From assembly GCA_973895155.1 (NCBI GenBank), contig OZ316898.1, positions 4,402,480 through 4,466,479 of the forward strand: a stretch of DNA of 64,000 nucleotides. Reading direction: 5' to 3'. Origin of the DNA: Marsupella aquatica. Taxonomy: Eukaryota > Plantae > Marchantiophyta. The first letter of the stretch is position 1. Each line of letters begins with the position of its first letter. The notes under the pieces are model-generated. The model was not told the DNA's origin, did no database searches, and saw only the letters and a program-made list of their open reading frames with translations. This document shows positions 25,537 to 39,497 of the stretch, piece by piece. The translations under genes and the position numbers were made by a program.

Positions 25537-27648
25537 GAGTAAAACGCTTCAAGTGAGAATCTTTCATTGGTCTACAGCTGATCGGAGTGTAGTACAGTTG
25601 TTGCTGCATGCAGTGAGTGACACACACTTTGAGACCTTCAAAGAACAGGAGCATTTCAAAAACAAATGTAAGAAATCTGCGAACGACAGAGATTTTCATC
25701 AATCAGTCAACTTTCCAAGTATTGTCCTGTGCAACAAAATATTGAGTGTTAAAATGACGTAGCAAAGGGCACTGTAATTGTTTTGCAGTAGAGGACTGAT
25801 CCTCCTGTGCATCTAGCTGGTGGCAGCCAGTTATTAGTGAGCAGCGGTGCGGCGAACGGGAGTCAATTTTTTTTGCCTGGAGTGGTCATTCATTGAAGGT
25901 AAACTGGAAGATTGTGTGACATTCTAAAAGACTTGAAATAATTGATAAGTGTTGAGATGAGAATGATTGTCATCGTCTGGCAATGCCAGGTCAGAAAGCT
26001 ACTTTGTGGAAAAAGAGACATTTTAAAGAATCCCAAAGTTTGTGATCTTAAATAATTACTTGTGTTGTAGACCAAGAACATAGGACATTGTTGTTGCCGC
26101 AAATACAGTTCTGGGATAAGCCGTGATATGAGAAGGATCCAATCTCTACTGCAAAACAATTGAGTATTGTCTATTCACAAAGAGTTGTTCACAAATCCAA
26201 TTTTGCTCACTGTTAGTACTGAAATAGTACCAATTTGATAAGGTTATGGAGGGCATGACAGTCTTCTTTAAGGTCATGTGTTGATATATCACGGCCCTTC
26301 TCCATTGATATCTCAACATGTGTACATTTTAATTTTTCATTACAAAACGCACTGTCTTTGTGCACATTTGAGCATTGAAAACTGGGTGAGAATACTGACA
26401 GGGTTACTCTGAGCCAATCAGAACTCAGCACATGGCCTGAAAGTACAATGAGGATGTATGTATCCCTTTACGAGAATATGATCTCCCCTGTTTCTCCCCG
26501 CATACGCAGGTCTACATGTGGTCGCCCTATACCTTGTAAAGGGTACCATACATCCTTAATCCTATACATTGAGAACGAGGAGCGGATCCAGAAAAATTTT
26601 GAAGAGGAAAAGCTGCAAATTGAGCTCTTGTGATCAACCTTAAGGCAAGGTACTTAAAACTAAAGCTATTTACATGTGATGATGTAGATTTGAGCTTCAA
26701 GGATTTCATGACATTTTCAAATTATATGCTTCAACAAACTACACTACGTGCCAGAAAGTGATAGATATATGCCCGATAGATTTGGCTAAGAATAACAATC
26801 CCAATTTAATTATAGTGCAATCATGTCCACTTGCTTCAATATTGTACAATCTCTAGCATTCAAACACTACAGATCCACACAATAAACTAGCACAAAAGGG
26901 AATAGACTTCATGACAGCTAGTTCTTCACCCAAAATTGGTCATCTCTGATGTCCATTAATCTATCCCAAAATCTGTAATACCTCAACAATAATTGCTGCC
27001 ATTGCCAGATTAGTTTTTATCAAGCTCGTACTAGGCCATATTACTCAGTAAAAATTGGGATGAACTCCAATCATGACTTTTATAATTCCATCCCCGAAAA
27101 TTCGTTACTCGTAAAAAACTATGTATTATTCTCGGAGATGGAAAACTAGAATTATAAATTCATTGAAAATAGAATTTATACTGAATTTTTCTCATCTTTG
27201 TATATAATCATAGGTGAATATGTCGTGCTAAAAATGTAGTTTCACATGTTTCTAACCGAGGAAAATCACTAAAAAAAGTTTCTAAAAGTCATTTCATAAA
27301 AGTTTCAAATCTCTAGCGATACTTATTGCTCTGTTTGACATATCATGAGGCCTCACTCTCAGCGTCAAGCTTCTGAGTAGCCTTTTCCTACCTGCTTCCT
27401 TCAAGTTTGAGATTTTTAAGAAACGTGTCTTTGTACTCTTACACAAGGCATGATCCCCTCGTATCCAATTTGATGAGATGGTATACTGGCCATACTTAAG
27501 TATTGTTGGACAAAATGCTTTTCACCTCACATTCCTTTGTCGAATTTTTGTTTTTATTTACTTCTGTGTAAATGCTTCAATGCCAATATAAGCAGCCCAT
27601 CCAACAAAGGATGGGTGATTAAAGGTCTTGTATGGAAAGCAACTTCTC

Positions 27649-30181
27649 TCAGACAGTAGCAGGACCTTTCTGCATGTCCGAATCGACCTGGAATTGACGA
27701 CCCTGTTCTAGTTCATAAGCTGAGGGCTCATGGCTGACAAACCTCTTCCAAAACCAATGACTTCTCCAAAGTTTTGGCATGTCTTCAAGATGGACATGTC
27801 TAGTTTCAGGAATAAAAAGAGCGGCAAAGAGGGTCATTATAAAAACCCAGCTACCAAAAAAGAAAAACGTGCCATATTGAAAATGGCAGAGCATGGAGAG
27901 CAAAGCTTGGCCCATGCAGAAGGTGAAGAAGAAGTTAACTGCAACAACGACGCTCTGACCTGCTGAGCGAGTCTCCAAGGCAAAAATTTCACTGGGTACT
28001 GTCCACCCTAAGGATCCCCATGACCATCCAAATCCAGCCACAAAGAGGCAAATCAGAACTACCACGCCAGCTCCCCAGCTCTTGTCCAGGGCCAAGTTGC
28101 CTCCCCCCAGCTTCTCCTTGAAAATAATGCCCACAGCAAACTGCACAAGCAGTGAAAATTTTCGTGAGTGATTGACATTCATATCAGGATATACATATTG
28201 AAACGTTTATGTATGTGGAATAGCTATATGAGACCCTGCACACTTAGGCGATGTGGGTGAAGCACAATAAAACGTTGCGACCTAGCTATGCTTATTATGG
28301 CACCAGAGCACAGAGAAGCACTATACCAAGCAAACGAACATCTGAACGCCGCCTTCATAAAAGAGCTTCATTCGCCCGGCTCTGTCCACCAGAAAAATGC
28401 CGACAAGACAGGAAAGAGATAAAGTTGCCCCAACAATGATTGCTGAGTACAAAGACGCACTGCTCCCGAACCCGATGATCTGAAAGATTTGTGGTGCATA
28501 GAACAAAACTGAGTTTATTCCAGTGGCGATTTGGAAAAATGGACAGAAAAGAGCCATAATTAGTTGAGGACGATTCCGCCTTTGGAGAAGATTTCTGAAA
28601 GGGTGTGTAACCAAGTTGGCAACTCTGCTGGCCTCCACCAAATCCTTGAACTCAGCATCCACGTCTGTAACTCCTCTGATCCTTTGCAGCACTGCTTTCC
28701 CTTCCTCAGGCCTTGCAGGAAACAAACCTACCGTGTTGGTTTTACAAATGAAGGTTTCATATATTCCTAGAACCCAAACCTCTATATCAAGTTAAACTTA
28801 TGTTTGGCTATGAAGCACAACTACATCTCCAGCCAGACGGCAGAAAGCAGAATAGCAGGGAGATTAGTCCTTACCTGCCTCTCTCGACCAAACTGTTAGG
28901 AGAATCTGGAAGAAATAATCCCCCCAATGTAAGTATCGCTGCTGGAATAATTGCCAGCCCCAATGACAGCCTCCAACCCCATGGCGTCAACTTATCTGTC
29001 CCATAATTGATGCAGTTTGCTGAGAGGATACCAATGGTCGTTGCCAGCTGAAACATCATGTTCATACTTCCTCTCCAGTTGTAGGGAGCTATCTCTGACA
29101 AATACATAGGCACAACCTGGACACAGAAGATGACATTTAGTTAGAAATCCTCTCTAATAAGAAAATAACTCTGCTGGCCATGGGGTTCACGGCTACCACG
29201 AGTGGACTAGTCTTCATCGAGTGATCGAGTGATCGAGTGAGCACCTAGACAAAGAGAAACCAACAAAATGTGACTTAAGTTGCAATTGAAACGCATGGTA
29301 AGAGAACCTCCTGTTTCGGTTGCATGCTAGACGATCTAAGAAAAGTCGTGGGCCCACCTCACAAGCACTAACCGATTTCCTTATCTAGCTGGTATGAAGT
29401 AGAGATCAGCAAAAGCTCTGCTAGCATACCTGATTACCGAAGCCAACACCAAATCCCAGCATGATGCGGCCAATGATCAACATCGCCAAGTTGACAGCGG
29501 ACGCGTTGAGAGTGGCCCCTATCAAGAGACTGGCGCCAGCCAGGAGCATGGTCCTACACCTTCCATAGACTCTGGTGGGGTATGAAGCCACCACGGAAGA
29601 TACCATACCTGCAAGATAGAGGCTAGAGGTGAAAGCCTGAAGGGCTTGATTGTCGTACTTACAGTAGACGCTTCGGTCTGGATGTCCCAGCACGTTGGGA
29701 AAGAACTTACTAAGAAAGTCCTGCATTGAGGACACTCCACCTGCATCCATCCATCCATCCATCCTCTCAGCCAGCCTCCTAAAGATATATAACCTTGTCT
29801 GTGGCCCAGCCAGGGAAATTTTCTTTACTTCCTTAATTCTCAGAGACAGACTGAGTGCAATCGAAGACAGAGAAATAAACTCAATAAGTTCAGCACGCAT
29901 TTCTCTGTAATTATTGACATTAGTTACATTCTCTCAAAACGTAGTTTCAAAGCAATGTAACAATTTTTGGCCAAATTCTGTTCGTGAATAATCGTGAATT
30001 TTTCTTCTCATCTACGTTCGGAAATGTTGGGACTCTTGCCTGTGACGCCGATATCGTATCCGAACATGAGACCTCCACTGGCTGCCACCATGGTCGTAAA
30101 TGCCACATAGACCGTGACAAAGCCATTGTACTTCTTCCCCTCCTCAAGCCCATTGTTCGTGGCAAAAGTTCCCGCGCCCAT
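27649..30181 (-). CDS. STP: Sugar transport protein (STP, MFS hexose/H+ symporter); 5 exons (30181-30040, 29740-29430, 29116-28875, 28711-28327, 28140-27649)
   Basis: [102 protein letters not shown]; intron 1 is GC-AG. Confidence 0.95.
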
Positions 30182-33100
30182 AGCTCCTGCTTTTGCTCTG
30201 CAGTTGGTGATGCTGATCCTCTGTTATCCCTCAACCCAATCGTGTTAGAGATATGGCTTGCCTTCAAGGCCGACAGGCTGGTATCAAACCACCCCCGTTT
30301 ACTCTTTGAAGTGAACTTTCCTGTGCCGAGAAATCATGGACAATTCACCGTTCTGAACTCGACCAGATCGGTGGCTGGCCCCCAACGTGCACCCATACTC
30401 ATTCTTTCCTGTCGAATTCTCCTCCAGCTTTTGGTTCATGGCCCTCATCACACTGAAAACCTGAAGAGCACAGAAACAGAGGTCATTAGGCTTTGCAACA
30501 ATTGGCAACGCCTCCCATGAATCCCATGAGAACCCACCAAGAGGAATGTTAATGTGGAGAGAGAAATCGCATACACTGCCATTTGGTCCAGAGCTTTGAG
30601 GTACAGAGGACACTACAGGACTCCTCAGCGTCAAGCTTTGAATGGGTAACCAGGAAAAGAAGATGGTTTCCAACGACCGACCTGCCACACCCAGCTGGCA
30701 GGCTGTGCGGTTGCTGCAGGTGCGAGAGCTAGAGCGACACCATTCCTTTAAAGAGATAATATCACAGAGACCCCAATTATTAATCTAAACAAGATTGCTC
30801 GGCCTTTGGTAGTGACACGGAGCGCACGTAGATGTAGATAACTCTTCTCTCCCTACCTCCCTCCTCCCTCTCTCCCTCTGCTTTGGCACGTCTCCGTAAC
30901 GCATGTCCGGAGAAACAATGGATTTGCTGACCAAGACGACCACGTGCGACGATTTTCCTCCGCCGAGGTCAATCAAAATATTGCAAGAGTGTGCAGCACC
31001 GAGCTGAGCTTTGACGAACCCCCAAATCGCATTTACGACCGTCTGTACGACCAACGCACACCTAATCTGTGCTGCAAGTTCAATTGCAAGTGTGGAAGGC
31101 TTCTCCTTGAGTACAGTCTCGTCTTCCGAACGAGGCAACGAGTACTTCCTCTGAACTACATTCCCCTTCTCCATGACTGTCTATTGTACGAAGCTCGCTG
31201 AAGCAATGAGAAATGCTTCACTACATACCTTCTCCATAGAGAAAGAGACTAGTACGAGGTTTCCCAATCATAAATTGAGTCGAACTTGAACTACGACGTT
31301 GAGGAAAAAACCGAATGTGAAGGATTAAATTTCCATGCCAAATGCAAAATCAAGTCCCCACTTCCACAACCTTCCGACCGCAAGCGACAAAAATTTCCAT
31401 AGAGGTCGGAGCTGATTGATTACTGTTGCCTGCCAGAGACCAACTACAACTGTAGATCATTGTGGGGCCGTGCTTGACAAAATTTCCTGATACCTCTCTA
31501 TCTAATTATTTCCATTCACGATTTCTAACGTTATCTGTCGGAACGGCCCCACACTGAACAGTTGCTCCTGTGATAATTCCGACGAGTGCTCACGATGAAG
31601 ACACATAATTTTCCGAAGTCAGAGCCTGGACTTTGAGAGACAGAACGTAATTCACGTGAAACTAGCTATTAATTCTCGCTCCATTCTATCTGTTTTGAAA
31701 CATGACCACGTCTATCGGGGCACTACTACATCCCGACGAAAACAGGTTCAAAAACAGACAACTTAGTAGTAATCAATCTAAGGCTTTTCAATATCAGGGA
31801 GTGGGTATCAAGTATGTAATCGACCAGCTCTTACTATCGATTCCTATGGTTTCTCACAGAGAGTGATCCGATGCAGGAGAGAGACCCAGAACAGGAGAGA
31901 GAATTGCCATAGAAGCCTGGGCATAGGACTCTAAGTAAACGAAGAACCTCAACCTGACCAGGGGCATTAAGTTTGAAGAGAGGAAGTAATCAATGTTTAT
32001 AGATTGACCAAAAACATGGATCATGTTGATGATGTGAATCACATCGACACTCCTTCCACTGCTTCACCTTTCTCGAGGACACAAGAGGCTGTGGCTACAC
32101 GTCATTTACCAGTCAACCCTCACATATGTCTACACAGGACGTGCAGGTTCACACACAATTGTTGCACGGGAATCAAGACCCCCTTGTACTTGACAACGGC
32201 ACATTTTCCACTGCAGATTAGGTGCTTCAAGCACGGCTGGCAGCACTAGTCTGGCATTAGGATATCCATCAAAAGGGGAACTAGCTAAGCATCAAACTAA
32301 TTGAAAACATATGAAACTTACGTGGAAGGCGACTCAAGAGAGCAACATATTGAGTTTTCCATTCCCAAAGAATTCGTTCGTACTCCTTCCATGGTACAGC
32401 AGTAGGATATCGTAAGCATCAAAGAGTAAGTCACTCGGGTCCTTCAAACGATCCGGTCGTGCAAAGCAACAGGCCCTGAGGTCAAGGCGATATAGTCATT
32501 ATACATACGTACATAGCACTACACTCACACGGCATCGGTGGGAGCGAGAGAGTCGAAGGAGATGTACATTTAGTAGCAACGGTGGAATTGGAGGCTGAAG
32601 CAGTGCTGTGAAGAAGATCTTGAGACGAACGTCGCTGTCGGCCTTCCCAGGCTGTACTTTGCTTGGTTTGGCAGGATTAAGGAGTTCGAATGTCACTTCG
32701 AAACAGACATGTCAACCCACAAACGAGCGTCCTTCCTCCTCGCAACCTCCTCTCAGGCTCAATCAGTCAGTCCCCATCAGTCTGGTTGAGAGCGACACAA
32801 TCTCGTTCCTTTCTCTCTGTAATCCTCGGACAAATTCTTTTACCATCATCACAAGTGATCTCATCCGAAGAAAGTACAGTCCTTCCCAACTTTCGACACT
32901 GGCAAGGTGAGCATTCGAGGTCCCCAAGTGCGGCTTTTATACTGTCCTCCCAGGAGTCGTTCGGTGTTTCTAGTTTTCTTTCTTTTCCGAAGCACGAACT
33001 ACTATGAACTCAGCGGCAGCAGTTTACAAGTGCTGTGTTCCAATTCGTCTGTCTCAAAAAAACGGATTACTAATTACAGCCGTTCTTTAAAGCCCCATGC

Positions 33101-33404
33101 TTGGTCTGTTTGGAAACATAGTATTGGGCCTTCCCACATCGTGCCTTGCTGTTTGTTCGGGTGAGCTCTCTTTGGGGAGCAAAGTGTTATTAATAACCTT
33201 GCTCAATATTCAAGTCAATCGAAGTCAAAAGAAGCGCCATCTCTGCTGTGGATTGCGTGCCTCTCTGGCCCATACGCCCATGGATCGAAGTGGCCCCTTC
33301 CGATCCAATGGCTAGGAAGAAGGAAGTGGACCAATTGAGACAAATGGCACACCCTCTAGTGCGTTCCGTGCAGTAGAGTAGACGGTGGAGCATTTGTCCT
33401 CAAG

Positions 33405-35830
33405 TGTTGACCTGCCACAACGCTGATCATTCTTTTTATTAGTTGGAAAGCAAACTTTGTTGACCGTTAAAAAGCACTTCCAGAACGAGAACCCAACTAG
33501 TTAGTGTTCACCTGCCTCAAATGCTGATCATTCTTTAGACATATATGTTTGATGGGACCCTTAGCACAACTAATTTAACATGATGGCCCCCTATGAAAGT
33601 TTTGCTATCTACTGAGATCCATATGAAAGTTTTGTTATCTACAGAAACGGTACAAAAAGTTCTTCTAAATGGAGGACCTACACAGTTTTTGGCCTCAGCT
33701 TACCACTTGGTTGTGCAGTTTTGTTCTATGGTTTACCAAGTCTATCCATTTGCAGTCAAGTCACGTAGTTGTGCAGTTTGTTCTATGGTTTACCAAATCG
33801 ATCCGTTTGCAGTCAAGGTCACCCAGACTCAATTTCCTGCAGTTTTCTCCCTGTCTTTTGCTATAGTTTGGCAAAGACATTGTGGTTTATGTCTTCAAAT
33901 CAATTAGGGTTGGTAGTGTGGCTTGCATCTTGTCGGTTTTAGGGGTGATCATTGTTTTGTGATGGATTTTGGTGTTTTCAAGATATGGGCAAAGGCGATG
34001 GTAAATGGTGTTTCTTGTGAGCTTAGGCTTTTCAATATTGTTTAGCAATCAATGAATGATGAGTTTTGAGAGGCTCTTGCAATCTGTTTCATGAACGAGA
34101 GTTATAGATCCCAAAAATTGCGATTAAATGATAGCTTTGCATCCTGAGATTTTTGCCTAGTAAATAGTAACTATAGACAAATTATCAAGATAATTATGTT
34201 ACACTGTGAACCTAAGATCATGTTTTGATAAATGAATAGTCATTCACATTTGATCCACAAATTGTATTAGAGTCCTCATATTCCACCTGTCTTCACATGA
34301 CCAGCAACAATTGCACCTACCCGAGTTGTATCATGTCCTTTGTGTTGTTGGATGAAATTCCCTTTTGCTATGCACGCACGGATAGTTGCACCAAGAAAAA
34401 TGTCAAGAACATAATGCAAAGACCCTGGGTAGCTTGCATGAAAGTAAACCTAATGAAAAAAGTGTCATATGATTAAAATTCAAACTAGAAGACATTAACC
34501 ATATTTTCTTCACTCAAGTTACATGATTGGAGTTTGGAGGGAGGCGGCCACTATTCTATGGTTCTTCCAACACAATATTGACTGACCAAGGTTGGGCCTC
34601 GGTTGGGCCTCATTTGTGACTGTGTTGTGTGTGATTTAGTCACGGTTGACCATAAATATCACAATAGCTGTTGCTGATCACAGGACCAAGCAAAAACTTG
34701 TTAAGGTAGAAACTGGTACAAGAACATTTGACACAAATGTGTCAGAGAGGTCCTATTTGGTAAGAATACTTTGGTCAGGTCCTGTCAGGTAAAAAAAAGT
34801 TCTACCATGGGTCCCATCAAGCATGTGCTGTCACTTTTTAGTTTTGCTTCGAAAGCAAACTTTGCTGCACATTAAAAAGCCGCCAGAACAACACCCTACC
34901 CCGAACAGAAGGGACCGCGGCAATGTGGCTAGTGCCACCTTTTGTGTCAAGGAAGATGTGAGGCAAAATAGTTATCCAGTTTTACTAGATTGATTTTTGA
35001 CCGTCAGATCTCCATTGATTGATGGATGACCTTTAGACTCTGGCTGATGGGATCTGTAACAAAGTGTGAAACTGGCTAACCTACCTAGCTAATTTTGTCT
35101 TTTTAGGGAGGTGTAATCTATTACATTATAGCCACTAAGAAAAAGGCTGAGTAATACCAATTGAGACAATTGACAAATGGTACACCCTCGAAGCTGAGGA
35201 GTACCATTTGTCTCCTGCATTAACCTGCAGCAAAAGCTGATCATTCTTTTTATTGGTTCGAAAGCTAACTTTGCTGACCATTAAAAAAGCAACAAGGAAA
35301 ACGAGACCTAACAAGTATTGACCTGCCTCCAAAAAGCTGAGCATTCTTTTCTTTTGCAGATGATTGCAACATTCCCTGGAATTTGCCGATGCTAACCCCT
35401 CCAACGGGCCTTTCACCTGGGACAATGGTCCCCCATCTAACAATCATTTAAGTGTCCGTGTCAACTCCTGTCTATAAGAAATGGTATCTCATTTTGATCC
35501 ATGGGGGTTTCAAAAAACCAACGTTGTGGTCCATGGGAGCATCACTTTTCACAGACCAGGATATTATTTTAATGCTTTCATTCTCTAGTTTTAGAATGAT
35601 GTGTCCACTTAAATCGTTCTCTAATTTTAGAATAATGTATCCATTGAAAATTCAGTGCTTTTGTACTAGGATACTTAGAATCTTATTCAAACTACATCAT
35701 AACCTCGAAATTATTTATTTTTGGCACTACGGTAGTTTGTGGGACTGGAAGTAAAGAAAGGTTCTTTTGGGGGTTTTCGAGAGCAAACTTTGCTGACCTC
35801 TAAAAAGTAATTGCTGGACGAGACCCAACT
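33405..35830 (+). repeat. Dispersed ~55-90 bp repeat family, probably a non-autonomous TE remnant
   Basis: AAAGCAAACTTTG(C/T)TGACC.TTAAAAAG-like core at ~33446, ~34852, ~35261 and ~35780; GCTGATCATTCTTT at ~33422, ~33523 and ~35237; 58-bp tandem duplication at ~33710-33820. Confidence 0.65.
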
Positions 35831-36594
35831 CGGAAGAGAAGAACTGCACAACCAAAAGTCGATCATTCATTCGGCCACCAAGATCTGCAAATTAATGTGA
35901 CGTCGCCAATTCCACGAAACTTGTCCCAATGATTGAGCCCCACGAGAGAAATTCCAAACTGGGCAGTGCTCACATGATAAGCATGGCATCCATTAATGTT
36001 GTTTTCTACCTTTGGGATCGAGTATGAGTGTATCCCAACAATTTGCTTCTTTTTTTCCTTTGGGGACCTTTTCCTGAGGAAGGTCGTTACACTAATTATG
36101 ACCACGTTGGTCCACGAGGAACTGCAGTGAACAGTCCGCGGAAAATCTCCGTCAATTTAATCGGGTGGAGGCTATTTCTGTATCAAGTAAAAATATCAAA
36201 CTACCTCAAGATATATCATGGACCTCATCAATTGGCTAAGACGCTAAGTATGCCTCGCCATAATAACTTTAGCTACTGTACTCATGACTCTGTTTTGCCC
36301 ATCCCCTCTACAGTAATTTTGAACGGATTTAGAATCCGTCCTGAGATATAATTTTGAAGACCATCAGCCCATACCTATGCTAAAACTGGTACGGACTTGG
36401 AAACCAAGCTTAGCCCATCCTCCTGCCAAAACTAGGAAATTCATGAATGGTGGACAAGGTCACAACGGGGAGAGTCTAGGCGCAGAGGTCAGAAGTGTTG
36501 GTCGCGCGAGGGTAATAAAGGGGGATAACATACAAAAATATTAGATTCAGGGAATTCAAAAAGGAAAGAAGAACAAAGAAAAATAAACTCATAG

Positions 36595-36646
36595 GCTGAA
36601 TTTGTTCTGTTGCTTTATAATTATAAGAGCAACAGAAAAAATTCAG
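36595..36646. repeat. Near-perfect 52-bp palindrome centred on TTATAATTATAA
   Basis: GCTGAATTTGTTCTGTTGCT-TTATAATTATAA-GAGCAACAGAAAAATTCAGC. Confidence 0.85.
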
Positions 36647-38551
36647 CACAAACAAAATTCAGTAATGCACATGTTTTGCAAACCTATCCAAAATTTGAAC
36701 AAGACTAGTGTTGTCAAAGTTTCATTAAGAATTTGGAGAATTATGAATCTTTAGAGACTACCCCATTATGTACATTTTTCCAGCTTCTGAAAGTTCTGAT
36801 CTTCAATTTCTCCTTTGATGTGCAACAGAATTGGGTTTGTTAAAAGAGGTTTGGAAAGGTAATATTGTCAACTTGCATTAGGAATTGAGAAAGCTCTCGT
36901 GCTCTCTCAGGTGTAATATATATAGATATATGTATGATATGAACATAAAAGAGGGTTTTGCTGCGGTCTATCCTACTTGTGAAAGTCCATCCCAGCATTT
37001 TGGCAAACTTGGAGGTCCATCCAGGCTTCACCTTCCACAGTTTGACAAGAATGCTCAGTCTATGAAATTCAATATTTTGTTCCCCAAGAAGTCTCCATTT
37101 GCTTTTGAAGCTTAATTTTGTGTCAAAGCAAAGGAGGTAAATGAAAAATCAACTGGCAGCAACACGAAAGGCAAACAAAAAAGAAACATAAGCACTTTTT
37201 ATGGGGAGGTGGTTGAAAACTTGGTTACTGTATGTTGTGTTGATCTGTCTAACTTCATGACTCCCACAGTCCTCCTGTAGCCACATGGAAAAAAAGAAAA
37301 AGAAAAAAAATACATGTCAATCCTTTACTGTAGTTGAACAATGATTGATGGGAGAGAATTTTAGAAGCCGAGAAGCCAGGAGGGACCCAACGTTGTCCCT
37401 ACACTTCCCCATGGACTACTTAGAGTCCTTAGGCAGACTCCACGGAAAAGAAGAAAAAGGGACTAGTTGCTTTTGAGAAAATTTTGCTAGCATGATCTCA
37501 AGTTCTGATGAGCACAAGATATCAAATCTAAAATATATATGAAACTGCACACGGGCAAAAAATGTCAGACCGGGATACATGATACCAAAGGCAATGAAAG
37601 CAACCCAATGAAGGGGAGGAAAAGAGGGGAAAGGGCTATAAATCTAAAAGCTATAATATACAACTCTGCTTTTTCCCACATAGTCTGCTTAAGAAAGACA
37701 CTTTGGAGGGAACTCATTACGACTGTTGGATTTAAACATTGAATTTTTCCTAGCCATAAGATCTGGTGTGGAGCAGAATAAAGAGAAAATCCTAACTTGG
37801 GCATAGATGAGCCTCGACCCACACCTAGAAAGGACTCATGCATTCAAATCCATAAAATGATTTCAATTCAGTGTCATTTGAAATTGAGCGTTGAGTTGAC
37901 ATGTGGCATCATAGATAGGTGGGTCTTAAATGGAATTCTAAGTAGGGCCCACACTACACATTAAACCATCTGGACATATGATTATTCAGCGCGATTCCAA
38001 ATTTTGATGCACATTAATGAGGCAAGAGGGAGGGTTTACAGGGTATTAAACTCGACACTGCCGCGCTTACATCCGTTTCTTGTTTTGGGCAGTCCGTACT
38101 GAAATCGGGCAGCATGTCCCTTATGGACCATTGAACGTACTCCCGCACCTGTCCCCAAAACTACCACCTCCCTGTCCCTATTGATCTGGGAACCCTGCCG
38201 GGCCCGCACCCCTGCCCGCACCGGCTGTAAACCTTACCTCTTGGGTCGCGTCCCTTCTCACTCCCGGCAATGTATCGGGCATCCTGTATGAGCAAATTTC
38301 ATTCTGGAGGGGTACAAGCTGAAGGGATGCCACACCTAAGAACGCAAATGAGTCCAGAACTTTCCTTCCCGCGCGAGCCTTCACTCTGCCCTATTGCATA
38401 CTCTTCCACTCCACGTTTTTGCAGGCAAGAATCGAGGTTTGTTCGCGTATGGTGAGTGTTTGCATTACCAACCATTCCTTTGTGCAATTCCAATGTTGAG
38501 GTTCATTTGCGGGTGAATGGTATTGATATTGATGTCGTTTCAATTTTTCAG

Positions 38552-39497
38552 AGAGCATAACTCCATTGAAGTCGCATACAAAGGGTTCACAGCGCGAAGC
38601 GGTAAGACAAACTTGATGTCGATGCCAACTTTGTTTGATGTGCAAGCAGCTATGATGAGAGAGGAGACAGGGTACATAGGTCCATGTAGTGTCCATGTTT
38701 TTAATTTCATTGCCACAAATCCTTTTCCCAAAAACTTCTGGTATCGAGGTTGTACAGAGGTCATTCCAAGAGGGTTGTGTAAGATTTCAATAGAAGGTCC
38801 AAGGCAGAAGCATTGCGAGCACGATGCGTTGCAGAATGAAACATACAGCGAGTTCTTCTGTTTTGAGTTGTTGTTAACGGATGGAACACTGGAGGCTAAT
38901 TACGGGAAGCCAGCTTTGCGGGCCGCTGTTTGGGATGCTGTGCAAAATTTGTTGGGCCTGTCCGCGGCTGCCTTAGCCTGTATGGATCCACTGGATCAGT
39001 TCTAGTTTATCCATGAGGCGGTGAAGGGTGTGCCCCTTTGCAATGTTGTTTTCCAGATTAATCGCGGTATATTGAGTGTCAATGAGCTGGACATTGTAGC
39101 ATCAAGCAGTACCTTGCCACAGTCCCGTCTGTGGACCCAAACACAAAGTCCTACAGAGCTTGTAACACCGCTCGCCTCCCGAGCTCCACGCAGGGCACAC
39201 CCCCTACACGTACCATCAGCCAATGCCTACAACGTTGTTCCAGTTGGGTCGGGAGTCTTAGAGGACTCCCCTGCAACAAAGTGCAATACCCCATCCTTGG
39301 TGACCGCCAAGTCACCTGTAAGCGAAACCCAGGCAACGTCGTACACCACGCCTACATCGAGCAGAGGAGACTCCTCACAGGTGGTAGAAGGGGAAGGTGA
39401 CAACGCAGCAACCCAGGGCACAATGTCAACCATTGTTCGACGCCTAGCTAAAGTTTTCAGCTCATCATTGGATGCGTACTCTGCGCGCAACCGTTAG
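38552..39497 (+). pseudogene. Decayed gene encoding an RPA70 C-terminal (DBD-C)-like zinc-ribbon OB fold and a Ser/Thr/Pro-rich tail; probable transposon cargo
   Basis: NFWYRGC..GLCK..KHCEH..FCFELLLTDGT..LRAAVWDAVQNLLGLSAAAL parallels the RPA1 DBD-C pattern; in-frame TAG at 39003-39005 with the same frame continuing to 39497; probable upstream exon ending at GTGAGT ~38452. Confidence 0.65.
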
